A stretch of 63,338 bases of DNA, the filler included. It is 4 parts of 4 records of this genome, joined end to end, with 100 filler letters (N's around TTAATTAATTAA, not from the genome) between each part and the next. Parts side by side here need not be neighbours in the genome. Positions count along the whole stretch, not along the records: positions 1 to 11,539 come from SRR20825006_1778; positions 11,640 to 40,790 come from SRR20825006_1781; 2 more parts are not named here. One strand, given 5' to 3'. This document shows positions 9,360 to 19,149 of this stretch, in pieces (the stretch's first letter is position 1; every line of letters begins with the position of its first letter). The position numbers were made by a program, and so were the translations under genes. Under the pieces are notes generated by a model. It was not told the DNA's origin. It searched no databases and saw only the letters and a program-made list of their open reading frames with translations.

Positions 9360-11426
9360 TTAGTAATTAAGAAGTTTCTCAATCTTCGCTTTCACTTTCT
9401 CCGTACTAGGAATAAACGTCTCTTCTAAAACAGAATTCAACGGTATTGCAGGCATATTTTCACTACCAATGGTCATTACTGGTGCATCCAAATATTGAAA
9501 GCATTCCTCTTGTATTTTTCCTGAAAGCGCTCTCGCAAAAGTATTGTCGCTAGGCTCTTCAGTTACCACTAAACATTTTCCACATTTTTTAACGGAAGCC
9601 ATTATGGTATCTTCATCAAGTGGATGAAGTGATCTTAAATCGACAACCTCAATACTGTCTTGCAATCCAAGTTCTGCGGAAGCATTCATAGCCCAATGCA
9701 CGCCCATTCCATAAGTGATTATAGTAATGGTTTCTTTCTCTTCCTGTTTCCAGATTTCTTGAAGGACATTCGCTTTTCCAAATGGTAAGACATAATCTTC
9801 ATCTGGCATTAATGAGGTCGCGCCTTTTGTCCCTTTTACCTTACTCCAATACAACCCTTTGTGTTCAAAAATAACAACAGGATTTGGGTCGTAATAGGCG
9901 GCTTTCATCAAACCTTTCAAGTCGGCACCGTTACTTGGGTAAGCGATTTTTAAACCGCGAATATTAGTCACCACACTTTCTACAGACGAACTGTGATAAG
10001 GACCACCACTTCCGTAGGCGCCAATAGGTACACGTAATATCATTGACACTGGCCATTTACCATTTGAGAGGTAATTGCTTCGTGAAACCTCTGTAAATAG
10101 CTGATTGAGTCCTGGCCAAATATAATCGGCAAATTGAACTTCTACAATTGGTTTTAAACCAGTGGCGCTCATACCAACAGTACTACCTATAATAAACGCC
10201 TCTTGAATAGGCGTATTGAAAACACGGTTATCACCAAACTTTTGCGCTAAGGTTGCCGCTTCTCTAAACACACCACCTAAACGGCCACCAACATCTTGAC
10301 CGTACATCAAACATTCAGGATGTTTGCGCATTAATTCTTCAACTGCAAATAGGGCACAATCTACCATTACGACTTTATCGCCACCTTGTGGTGAACGTTC
10401 GCCTTTCTCCTCAGTAATTGGCGTTGGTGCAAAGTCGTGTGTAAATAAATCTTCTGGTTTTGGGTCTTCGGCTTTTAATGCTTTTTGATAAGCTTCTTCA
10501 ACTTCAGATTTAACTTCAGTTTCAATTGCAGTTAAGTCCTTTTCAGTAAACCCATTATCCAATAATAATTTTTGAAGCTTCGGGTATGGATCGCGAGTCT
10601 TTGCTTCGTCTAAATCATCACGATAAAACTCCATTCGTACACCAGACGTGTGGTGATTTAGTAATGGTACTTTAGCGTGCACTAAAAACGGCCTGCGTTC
10701 TTCACGCATTGTTTTGATGACTTTTTGAATGGTACTGTAGCTTTCTTCAAAATCAGTTCCATCTATTGTGACCGCTTCCAAACCGTGAAAACCTGCTGCA
10801 TATTCGTAAGCATTTTGCGCTCTTGTTTCTGCTTCGTTTGCTGATATATCCCAACCATTATCTTGAACCAAATAGAGGATAGGCAGTTGTTTTAGAGCAG
10901 CCATTTGAAAAGCTTCGGCGATTTCACCTTCAGTAACTGAAGCGTCGCCTAATGAACAAACTGTTATTGGTAATTCAGACGTCTTTGAGTCATAACCTAG
11001 ATTCTGGTCTTCACGGTACCACATTCCCATAGCCACACCAGTTGCAGGAATCGCCTGCATTCCAGTAGCACTACTTTGATGTGGAATTTTTGGCTTATCA
11101 GCATCCTTTAAACTTGGGTGTGAGTAGTATGTGCGACCACCAGAAAATGGGTCGTCTTTCTTTGCCAAGACCTGAAGCATTAAATCGTAGGGTGTCATCC
11201 CAATACTGAGCAAAATAGAGTCATCTCGATAATACGGGAACACATAATCTTGTGGCAGTAATTGCATTCCCACAGCATTTTGAATGACTTCGTGACCACG
11301 TGATGTGGCGTGAACGTATTTGGAAACGACTTTAAAGTTTTCCTCATACAATTCTGTCATCGTCTTTGCAGTCGCGACATTTTTAAACGCTTGTTTTAGT
11401 GTGTTTTTATCTATGCTCATATTCAT
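9360..11426 (-). CDS. 2-oxoacid (probably branched-chain) dehydrogenase E1, fused alpha+beta subunits
   Basis: TPP motif GDASVTEG...QDN; beta part GQDVG, NTPIQE, EVQFADY, VDLRSL. Confidence 0.9.
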   Translation of the reverse strand: MNMSIDKNTLKQAFKNVATAKTMTELYEENFKVVSKYVHATSRGHEVIQNAVGMQLLPQDYVFPYYRDDSILLSIGMTPYDLMLQVLAKKDDPFSGGRTYYSHPSLKDADKPKIPHQSSATGMQAIPATGVAMGMWYREDQNLGYDSKTSELPITVCSLGDASVTEGEIAEAFQMAALKQLPILYLVQDNGWDISANEAETRAQNAYEYAAGFHGLEAVTIDGTDFEESYSTIQKVIKTMREERRPFLVHAKVPLLNHHTSGVRMEFYRDDLDEAKTRDPYPKLQKLLLDNGFTEKDLTAIETEVKSEVEEAYQKALKAEDPKPEDLFTHDFAPTPITEEKGERSPQGGDKVVMVDCALFAVEELMRKHPECLMYGQDVGGRLGGVFREAATLAQKFGDNRVFNTPIQEAFIIGSTVGMSATGLKPIVEVQFADYIWPGLNQLFTEVSRSNYLSNGKWPVSMILRVPIGAYGSGGPYHSSSVESVVTNIRGLKIAYPSNGADLKGLMKAAYYDPNPVVIFEHKGLYWSKVKGTKGATSLMPDEDYVLPFGKANVLQEIWKQEEKETITIITYGMGVHWAMNASAELGLQDSIEVVDLRSLHPLDEDTIMASVKKCGKCLVVTEEPSDNTFARALSGKIQEECFQYLDAPVMTIGSENMPAIPLNSVLEETFIPSTEKVKAKIEKLLNY

Positions 11427-11442
11427 TTCCTATTCCTAAGTT

Positions 11443-11538
11443 TGTCATTCCGTGCTAAGACACGGAATCTTTCACATTCTATATTTTCAATTGAACCTTA
11501 AAGGTTGTAAGAGATTCTGAATCAAGTTCAGAATGACA
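11443..11538. repeat. Inverted pair of TGTCATTC-headed palindromes (REP/REPIN-like doublet)
   Basis: TGTCATTCCGTG-CTAAGA-CACGGAATCT (11443-11470) and, on the minus strand, TGTCATTCTGAA-CTTGA-TTCAGAATCT (11512-11538); lies at the contig end. Confidence 0.7.
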
Positions 11539-11539
11539 A

Positions 11540-11639
11540 NNNNNNNNNNNNNNNNNNNNNNNNNNNNNNNNNNNNNNNNNNNNTTAATTAATTAANNNNN
11601 NNNNNNNNNNNNNNNNNNNNNNNNNNNNNNNNNNNNNNN
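11540..11639. other. Artificial contig-joining spacer (N44-TTAATTAATTAA-N44)
   Basis: N runs around a six-frame stop linker; abrupt change in base composition across it. Confidence 0.98.
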
Positions 11640-12414
11640 CGTGATCTTCCAACCCGCCGAAGAGGGCGGCGCGGGCGCGCAGGCGATGATCGAAGACGGG
11701 TTGTTTGAGCGTTGGCCCTGTGATGAGGTCTACGGCATGCACAATATGCCGGGGCTCGATGTGGGAAAATTCACCACCGCGCCGGGGCCGAATATGGCCG
11801 CCGTGGACATCCTGACCATCACCATCACCGGCAAAGGGGGCCATGCCGCCGAACCGCACACAAGCATTGATCCGTTTCCAGCGCTCGCCGGGATCATTCA
11901 GGCCATCCACGGCATGAGCGCGCGCTCTGTCGATCCGTTTGACGCCCATGTTGTGTCGCTCTGTGCGATTGAGGGCGGTCACGCCCATAACGTCATCCCG
12001 CAACAGATCACCATCAAAGGCACGGTGCGCACGATGAATGAGGCGCTGCGGGATCATGTCGAACACCGGGTCGGTGAGATCGTGTCCAATATCGCCGCCG
12101 GACATGGCTGTGTCGGCACACTGGACTATAAACGCAGCTATCCGGTGCTGGTGAACCACGCGCAAGAGACCGAATTTGCCGCCGAAGCCGCGCGCGCGGT
12201 GGCCGGTGAGGAGAATGTGACGTTGGATATGACGCCCACTTTGGGGGGCGAAGATTTCGCCTTTATGCTGAACAAAGTGCCGGGTTGTATGATCAATATC
12301 GGCAATGGACCGTCGGCCAATCTGCATCACCCGGCCTATAATTTTAATGACGATGTGATTGGCTGGGGCAGTTCTTATTGGGTCACGCTCGTGCGGCAAC
12401 GTCTGTCGGCCTAA
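11640..12414 (+). CDS. M20 family amidohydrolase (hippurate hydrolase-like), 5'-partial
   Basis: FQPAEEG, GMHN, GKGGHAA, GGEDF, LHHP motifs. Confidence 0.9.
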
Positions 12415-12449
12415 CCGCAACGTGCGGCGACTCTGACGGGTCGCCACCC

Positions 12450-13367
12450 TTAACTGCGCCCGGCGAGTTGCGACATTTGCGGCGACAGGAATGCATCCAT
12501 AAAGTAGTCGTAAAATACCCGAACAGGCTCGCTCATGTCCTGCGTACGACGCCACGCCAAACCCACATCCATAGAGGGGATTTCGCGGTCGGTCGCGACC
12601 GTGCCGATCCGGCGCCCCTCCAAGGACCAAGGCCGATAGACCATATCCGAGAGGATGGTGATGCCCTGCCCGTTGGCGACCATGGAACGCACCGCCTCGG
12701 TCGAAGAGGTGCGCAGTTTGATGTTGGGCGTCAGCCCGGTTGGCCCCCAATATTTCATCGACGTATTGGCCGCCTCATCAACGGTCAACATGATGTAATC
12801 CTCTTTCGCAATATCTTCGAATGTCGCGCGGCCCTGCTGGTGCAGCGGGTGGTTTTGCGGCACCCAAAGGCGGCGGTGCGAGCGCAGCAAGGTTTCGGTC
12901 TCAAGTTCGGGATTGGCGGTGTTCGAGGTCAGCAAAACCGCCATATCAAAGCGATTTGTCATCAACCCCTCTTCGATGCTCTCCCGGTTCAGCTCGCTGA
13001 TGCGAATGTCGAGTTTTGGAAACCGGTGGGTCAGGCGGTCGAGATGAAAGGGTAGGAAATAGCCGATCACCGTATAGGTGGCGGCAATGTTGATGGTGCC
13101 TTCAATCTCGGATCGACCTTGGCCGATGTTGCGCGCGATATTGACCTTTTCCAACACGTCACGCGCCGCCCCCACAAGTTCGCGCCCCGATGCGGTCGGC
13201 TCCATCCCATGCGCCGTGCGCACAAACAGTATGGTGTCCATTTCCTGTTCCAACTCGCGGATCGCCGTCGTGATCGAGGATTGCGAAATCGACAACTCAC
13301 TGGCGGCACGGCTGACCTGACCCAACTCGGCGGTGGCGAGGAAATATTTCAATTGGCGCAGATTCAT
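12450..13367 (-). CDS. LysR-type transcriptional regulator
   Basis: N-terminal HTH MNLRQLKYF...SQSSIT..IRELE; LysR substrate-binding domain; divergent from the pxpA operon. Confidence 0.93.
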   Translation of the reverse strand: MNLRQLKYFLATAELGQVSRAASELSISQSSITTAIRELEQEMDTILFVRTAHGMEPTASGRELVGAARDVLEKVNIARNIGQGRSEIEGTINIAATYTVIGYFLPFHLDRLTHRFPKLDIRISELNRESIEEGLMTNRFDMAVLLTSNTANPELETETLLRSHRRLWVPQNHPLHQQGRATFEDIAKEDYIMLTVDEAANTSMKYWGPTGLTPNIKLRTSSTEAVRSMVANGQGITILSDMVYRPWSLEGRRIGTVATDREIPSMDVGLAWRRTQDMSEPVRVFYDYFMDAFLSPQMSQLAGRS

Positions 13368-13450
13368 CAGGACCGTCCTCTTCGGATTTTCCGAACACCT
13401 TGGCGCGGTGCTTCGATGTCAGTGTAGAGGATGCCCAATGAATTCGGAAA

Positions 13451-13604
13451 TTCAATTTTTGAACTTAGCATTATCTCAAAAACAGAATAATGACTGTTGC
13501 AGTCGTTTCGAAGTTGCCTATTTTTGCCCAAATTCGCGCAAAATCTGATCTGAATTGAAATTTTGAATTTGGAAAATTAGATAATGCTATAGTTGAATTC
13601 TGAA
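13451..13604. promoter_or_regulatory. Candidate LysR operator boxes in the divergent intergenic region
   Basis: Palindromic T-N11-A box TTCAATTTTTGAA (13451-13463); related TTGAAATTTTGAA (13555-13567) and TTGAATTCTGAA (13593-13604). Confidence 0.5.
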
Positions 13605-13661
13605 TTTTACAAACAGACTCAATTTGGAAAATGCTGGTTCCACAGAGAACAAGGACCAGTC

Positions 13662-14441
13662 ATGCAGAAGATCATCGATTTAAATTGCGACATGGGTGAG
13701 GGCTTTGGCCATTGGGTCTTGGGCGAAGCGCCCGACGAAGATCTGATGGCATTGATCTCTTCGGCCAACATCGCCGCAGGGTTTCACGCCGGTGATCCGA
13801 ACTCCATGGATCGGGTGATCAAATTGGCCCAGGTCTACGGCGTCGGGCTTGGCGCGCATCCCGGCTATCGCGACCTTCAGGGCTTTGGCCGTCGCTTCAT
13901 CCAGACCACCCACGAAGAATTGGTCAACGACATCATCTATCAGGTCGGCGCGGTGCGCGAATTTGGCCGCCGCCACGGCATCCGGCTTCAACACGTCAAA
14001 CCGCATGGCGCACTGTACATGGAGGCCGCGCGCAACGAAGAGCTGTCACGCCACATGATCGAAAGCCTTGGCGCGATCAGCGGCGATCTTTTGATCTATT
14101 GCATGGGTGTGTCCAAGACCTACGAGGTCGCCAAACGGCTGGGTCACCCAGTGGTGCGCGAATTCTATGCCGATCGCGACTATGGCACTGATGGTGCGAT
14201 TGTTTTCACCCGCCGCGTTGGCCGACCCGATCCAGAGGCGATTGCACAAAAGTGCCTGCGCGCCTGTCTTGAGGGCAAAGTGACCACGGTTGAGGGCAAA
14301 GACATCGACATCGCGTTCGAGTCGATTTGTTTTCACTCCGACACGCCGGGCGCTCTGGACATCGGACGCGCCATCCGCGCCACTCTGACCGAAAACGGCA
14401 TCCATATTGCACCGGCCTCCGCCGTGCTTGAAACCGCCTAA
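13662..14441 (+). CDS. pxpA: LamB/YcsF family protein (5-oxoprolinase subunit A-like)
   Basis: [49 protein letters not shown]; start moved to ATG 13662 after an AAGGA RBS. Confidence 0.9.
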   Translation: MQKIIDLNCDMGEGFGHWVLGEAPDEDLMALISSANIAAGFHAGDPNSMDRVIKLAQVYGVGLGAHPGYRDLQGFGRRFIQTTHEELVNDIIYQVGAVREFGRRHGIRLQHVKPHGALYMEAARNEELSRHMIESLGAISGDLLIYCMGVSKTYEVAKRLGHPVVREFYADRDYGTDGAIVFTRRVGRPDPEAIAQKCLRACLEGKVTTVEGKDIDIAFESICFHSDTPGALDIGRAIRATLTENGIHIAPASAVLETA

Positions 14442-14472
14442 GCCAACAGAGCTAAACCAACAGGAAACGACC

Positions 14473-14706
14473 ATGAGCAACATTCAATCCCCCCTCCCCG
14501 GCACATTTTATCACAAGCCCTCCCCCGAGGAGCCGGTGTTCAAATCCCCCGGCGATGCGGTGGCCATTGGCGACACCATCGGTCTGGTCGAAGTGATGAA
14601 AACCTTTATCGCTGTGACCTCCGAAGTTGAGGGCACCTTTGTCAAATACATGATCGACGACGCCGCCCCGGTGACCGCCGGTGCTGTGCTTGCGGAGCTT
14701 GCGTGA
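14473..14706 (+). CDS. Stand-alone biotin carboxyl carrier protein
   Basis: SPLPGTFY..P and biotinylation motif EVMKT; 77 aa, biotinyl domain only. Confidence 0.9.
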   Translation: MSNIQSPLPGTFYHKPSPEEPVFKSPGDAVAIGDTIGLVEVMKTFIAVTSEVEGTFVKYMIDDAAPVTAGAVLAELA

Positions 14707-14710
14707 TCTG

Positions 14711-16087
14711 ATGGCTATTGAACGTCTTTTCATTGCCAACCGAGGCGAGATTGCCGTGCGGATCGTGCGCGCCGCCCAAGCGTTGGGCATCCACGCGATC
14801 CAGGCCCATTCCGAAGCTGACACCGATATGCTGGCGGTCAAGCTGGCCGACGAGGCCATCTGTATCGGCCCTGCGCCCTCGAAAGACAGCTATTTGAACA
14901 TCGAGGCCGTGCTGAAAGCCGCCAAGGATACAGGTGCGGATGCGATCCATCCGGGCTACGGCTTTTTGTCCGAGAGCCCGCGCTTTGCCCGCGCTGTCGA
15001 AGCCGCCGGGTTGATTTTCGTCGGTCCCACCGCGGACACGATCGAACGCATGGGTGACAAGGTCGCGGCGCGTCAGGCGGCAATAGCTGCCGGTGTGCCG
15101 GTGGTGCCCGGCTCCGAGGGGCGGATTGACGTCGAGGACGCACTGAAAGTGGCCGCCGAGATCGGTTATCCGGTGATGATCAAAGCCGCAGCGGGCGGCG
15201 GCGGGCGCGGCATTCGCATCGCGTCGAACGAGGCAGAGCTCAGAACCCTCGCCCCGCAAGCCAAAGCCGAAGCCGAAGCTGCCTTTGGCGATGGTGGCCT
15301 CTATATCGAACGTGCGATCCTGTCGCCGCGCCACATCGAGGTGCAAATCCTGGGTGATGGCGAAAGCGCGGTGCATTGTTTTGAACGTGAATGTTCGCTG
15401 CAACGGCGTCGGCAAAAAGTCTGGGAAGAAGCCGGGGCCGCCTGTTTGGACGAACCGACCCGCGACGCCCTTTGTGCCTCTGCCGTGGCGTTGGCCAAGG
15501 CGGTGAATTATCGCGGCGCGGGCACGCTTGAGTATCTCTATGACGAGGCGACCAACGCGTTTTACTTCATCGAAATGAACACCCGCATTCAGGTCGAGCA
15601 TCCGGTCACCGAAATGCTCACCGGCGTCGATCTGGTGGCGGAAATGATCAATGTTTGCGGCGGGGCCAAACTGTCGATGACCCAAGATCAGATCACCCGC
15701 TCAGGCCATGCCATCGAGGTGCGCCTCTGTGCCGAAGATCCGTTCCTGCAATTCATGCCATGGCCCGGCGTGGTGTCGAAACTGGTCGAACCGACAGGCG
15801 ATGGCGTGCGGTTTGATCACTTCCTTTCCGAGGGCTACCGAATCCCGCCGTTCTATGACTCGCTGTTGGGCAAGGTGATTGTCCATGCCCCAACCCGCAA
15901 TGAGGCGATTGATAAATTGGTCATCGCCCTGACCGAATTGGAGATCGGTGGCACAAAAACCACGGTGCCGCTGCACCTTGCGCTGGCCGCCGACCCTGAG
16001 GTGCGCAAAGGCGCGTTTCATACCCAATGGCTGGAACCGTGGCTGGCCGCCGGACATTTGACCGCAACCAAAGGAGACGCCGCATGA
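14711..16087 (+). CDS. Biotin carboxylase subunit
   Basis: ANRGEIA, HPGYGFLSE, KAAAGGGGRG, ERECSLQRR, EMNTRIQVEH, PPFYDS. Confidence 0.93.
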   Translation: MAIERLFIANRGEIAVRIVRAAQALGIHAIQAHSEADTDMLAVKLADEAICIGPAPSKDSYLNIEAVLKAAKDTGADAIHPGYGFLSESPRFARAVEAAGLIFVGPTADTIERMGDKVAARQAAIAAGVPVVPGSEGRIDVEDALKVAAEIGYPVMIKAAAGGGGRGIRIASNEAELRTLAPQAKAEAEAAFGDGGLYIERAILSPRHIEVQILGDGESAVHCFERECSLQRRRQKVWEEAGAACLDEPTRDALCASAVALAKAVNYRGAGTLEYLYDEATNAFYFIEMNTRIQVEHPVTEMLTGVDLVAEMINVCGGAKLSMTQDQITRSGHAIEVRLCAEDPFLQFMPWPGVVSKLVEPTGDGVRFDHFLSEGYRIPPFYDSLLGKVIVHAPTRNEAIDKLVIALTELEIGGTKTTVPLHLALAADPEVRKGAFHTQWLEPWLAAGHLTATKGDAA

Positions 16088-16959
16088 AAACGCGTTACAG
16101 CTATGGCGGGGACGAACATATCTATGTCGAGATCGACGATGAAATGTCTCTGGATGCCTTCTTTATCTGCCTGTCCTTAAGCAAACTGGTGCGCGCCGCG
16201 AATATCCCCGGCGTGACCGAGATTTGCCCAGCGAATGCCTCCTTTGAGGTGCGGTTTGACCCCGATGTCATCGCCCCTGACGCCATCATGGCCAAGATCA
16301 AGGAATTGGAACACGAGGCGGAGGCGCAAGAGAAACGCCTTGAGACCCGGATCATCGAAATTCCGGTGTTTTATGAAGACCCGTGGACCCATGAAACCCT
16401 GATGCGGTTCCGCGAACGCCACCAAGACCCGAGCGGATCGGATTTGGAATATGCCGCCAAGATCAACGGCTATGACAGCGTCGCCGCCTTTATCGAGGCG
16501 CATCATTCCCAACCTTGGTTCGTCTCGATGGTGGGCTTTGTGTCGGGTCTGCCGTTTCTCTACCAACTGGTCGAGCGCGACAAACAGCTTGAGGTGCCAA
16601 AATACCTACGGCCCCGGACCGATACGCCGAAACTGACCGTGGGCTATGGCGGGTGTTTTTCCTGCATCTATTCGGTGCGTGGTGCCGGTGGTTATCAGAT
16701 GTTCGGGATCACACCGATGCCGATCTATGACCCGGAGCAAAAGACCAGCTACCTGAGCGATTTCATGGTGTTTTTCCGCCCCGGCGACATCGTCAAATGG
16801 AAACCGATTGATCGCACAGACTACGACCGGATCGTCAAAGAGGTTGAGGCGGGCACTTATGCGCCGCGCATTGCCGAGGTCAAATTTGATCTCGACGCGT
16901 TCAACGCCGACATGACCGGTTTCAACGCCAAGCTGATGGAGGCCCTCAATGACGCTTGA
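16084..16959 (+). CDS. pxpB: AHS1 / CT_C_D domain protein (PxpB-like; resembles the urea carboxylase CT domain)
   Basis: ATGA overlap with the carboxylase; VGFVSGLP, PRTDTP, GAGGYQMFG.TP, FRPGDIV. Confidence 0.8.
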   Translation: MKTRYSYGGDEHIYVEIDDEMSLDAFFICLSLSKLVRAANIPGVTEICPANASFEVRFDPDVIAPDAIMAKIKELEHEAEAQEKRLETRIIEIPVFYEDPWTHETLMRFRERHQDPSGSDLEYAAKINGYDSVAAFIEAHHSQPWFVSMVGFVSGLPFLYQLVERDKQLEVPKYLRPRTDTPKLTVGYGGCFSCIYSVRGAGGYQMFGITPMPIYDPEQKTSYLSDFMVFFRPGDIVKWKPIDRTDYDRIVKEVEAGTYAPRIAEVKFDLDAFNADMTGFNAKLMEALNDA

Positions 16960-17920
16960 GATCATCAAACCGGGACTTGCAACCAGTGTTCAGGATCTTG
17001 GCCGCCCCGGCTACTTTCATCTTGGCATTCCCGAAGGCGGCGCGATGGATCGCTTGGCGCTGCGGGCCGCGAACCTTTTGGTCGGCAATGACGAGGGCGC
17101 GGCGGGATTGGAAGCCGTGTTCATGGGGCCGGAGATCAAATTCGGAGCCGAGATGAGCGTCGCCGTCACAGGTGCCGACATCCCGATGATGCTTGATGGG
17201 GATCCGCGCGAGACATGGACGTCGTTCACCGTCAAACCCGGTCAAGTGCTGTCCTTTGGCTTTCTCAAAGCCGGTGCGCGGCTGTATATTGCCGTTTCCG
17301 GCGGCATCGCGACCGAGCCTGCGCTTGGGTCGCGCTCCACCTATCCCATCGGAGCCTTGGGTGGTTTCGAAGGGCGCGCCGTGGCCGCCGGGGATGCGAT
17401 CCCGGTTGGCACTGGCGCGGTGGTGGCGGAGGGGCGCTCTGTTCCCCTGGCGCTCCGCCGCCGCCCCGGCACCCCCGCCGTATTGCGGGTGTTGACCGGG
17501 CTCTATTGGCACCGTCTGACCGAGAAAAGCCAAAAGGCGTTTTTCGATGATGCATGGGTGGTCGCGCCCGAAGCCGACCGCATGGGGTATCGGTTCCGTG
17601 GTGGCACTCCGATGGAATTTGTCGATCGTCCGCAACCCTTTGGCGCAGGCTCCGATCCCTCAAACATTGTGGATGGCTGCTATTCCTATGGCTCGATTCA
17701 GGTGCCCGGCGGCTTGGAGCCCATCGTGTTGCACCGCGATGCGGTCTCGGGCGGTGGCTATTTTACCCTGGGCGCGGTGATTTCGGCGGATATGGACCTG
17801 ATCGGTCAATTGCAGCCCAACACTCCCGTCACCTTCAAACGTGTCAAGATGGACGAGGCGCTGGCAGCACGCGCCGCGCGCAAAACCATGCTCGCAGACA
17901 TCCGTCAGGCCCTCGCTTAG
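16949..17920 (+). CDS. pxpC: AHS2 / CT_A_B biotin-dependent carboxyltransferase family protein (PxpC-like)
   Basis: SVQDLGRPG, GAMD, ANLLVGN, LGSRST, DRMGYR, GSIQVP, GGY. Confidence 0.85.
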   Translation: MTLEIIKPGLATSVQDLGRPGYFHLGIPEGGAMDRLALRAANLLVGNDEGAAGLEAVFMGPEIKFGAEMSVAVTGADIPMMLDGDPRETWTSFTVKPGQVLSFGFLKAGARLYIAVSGGIATEPALGSRSTYPIGALGGFEGRAVAAGDAIPVGTGAVVAEGRSVPLALRRRPGTPAVLRVLTGLYWHRLTEKSQKAFFDDAWVVAPEADRMGYRFRGGTPMEFVDRPQPFGAGSDPSNIVDGCYSYGSIQVPGGLEPIVLHRDAVSGGGYFTLGAVISADMDLIGQLQPNTPVTFKRVKMDEALAARAARKTMLADIRQALA

Positions 17921-18017
17921 GGGCCTGATGCCGACCGGGAGCACCCGCTCCCCTTTCATAATAAAAACGCGGCAATGACCGCATTTCAACTGATGGACCC
18001 AACAAGGAGTCAGATCC

Positions 18018-19082
18018 ATGAAACATGCCCTTTTGACCAGTGTGGCCTTTGCCGCCATGCTCACCACCCCGGCGCTCGCCGATGCGTGGTATCCCTATGA
18101 GGCCGAAGAGGTGACCCCCGCCTTTTCCACCGACGGCGCCTCCACTCCGGTGACCTATGAAGCGCTTGAGAAAGCCGATAAGGCCTATAACATCTGCGTG
18201 TCTTTCCCGCATATGAAAGACGCCTATTGGCTTGGCGTGGATTACGGCGTGGCCGAAGAAGCCAAACGTCTTGGCGTCAAAATGAACCTTGTCGAGGCGG
18301 GCGGCTATACCGAACTGTCGAAACAGGTCAGCCAGATCGAAGATTGCGTTGCCTCCGGCGCGGATGCGGTGATCATCGGGGCGATTTCCTATGACGGCCT
18401 CAACAGCGTGATTTCCGAAGTGGCCGCCAAAGGCATCCCGGTGATCGACGTGATCAACGGTGTGTCCTCGCCGGACATTTCCGCCAAATCCTTGGTGTCT
18501 TTCTACACGATGGGTTTTGAAACCGGCAAATATCTGGCGGACAAACATCCCGCTGGCACGGACCCGGTTCAGGTCGGTTGGTTCCCCGGACCTGCGGGTG
18601 CTGGTTGGGTCGAGGCCGCCAACACCGGCTTTATGACAGCCATCGAAGGTTCGGCCGTTGAGGTGTTGGAACCGCGCTATGGCGACACCGGCAAAGAGGC
18701 ACAGCTCAAGCTGGTCGAAGACGTTTTGCAATCCAACCCCGACGTGAAATACCTCGCAGGCACGGCGGTCACCGCCGAAGCGGCACAGGGTCTTTTGCGC
18801 GAACGTGGCCTCACCGATGAGATCGGCCTTCTGGCGTTTTACATGACACCGGGCGTCTATACCGGCATCCAACGCGGCATGATCGCCGCTGCTCCGGCGG
18901 ATTCGATGGTCATTCAGGGCCGGATCGCCGTGGACCAAGCTGTCCGCCTCATCGAAGGCAAGGATTACATCAAACATGTGGGTCCGAAAATCTTTGTCGT
19001 CGATGGCGACAATATCGGCTCGGTGGCGCGCGATGCGATCTTGCCGCCGGATGGGTTCCGCCCGGTGTTCTCCGTCGAATAA
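18018..19082 (+). CDS. TorT-like periplasmic binding protein (type I, sugar-binding fold)
   Basis: Signal peptide (ALA-D); ICVSFPHMKDAYW, EAGGY, PGPAGAGW, YGDTGK, QGRIAVDQAVR, which resemble TorT. Confidence 0.8.
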   Translation: MKHALLTSVAFAAMLTTPALADAWYPYEAEEVTPAFSTDGASTPVTYEALEKADKAYNICVSFPHMKDAYWLGVDYGVAEEAKRLGVKMNLVEAGGYTELSKQVSQIEDCVASGADAVIIGAISYDGLNSVISEVAAKGIPVIDVINGVSSPDISAKSLVSFYTMGFETGKYLADKHPAGTDPVQVGWFPGPAGAGWVEAANTGFMTAIEGSAVEVLEPRYGDTGKEAQLKLVEDVLQSNPDVKYLAGTAVTAEAAQGLLRERGLTDEIGLLAFYMTPGVYTGIQRGMIAAAPADSMVIQGRIAVDQAVRLIEGKDYIKHVGPKIFVVDGDNIGSVARDAILPPDGFRPVFSVE

Positions 19083-19149
19083 CGGCTGATCTTTGATCTC
19101 GGGCCGGGGCAGATGTGTCCCGGTCCACTGTCCCATTTGGAGGCCCACT

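Noticed and set aside
11584-11595. Repeated TTAATTAATTAA at 11584, 40835 and 57656 as a biological repeat or att site
   Set aside because: It is embedded in fixed-length N runs and is an assembly linker with stops in all six frames.
13368-17920. Guanidine carboxylase pathway or fatty-acid acetyl-CoA carboxylase
   Set aside because: No recognisable guanidine riboswitch, DUF1989 pair or allophanate hydrolase, and no accA/accD; regulation appears LysR-based.
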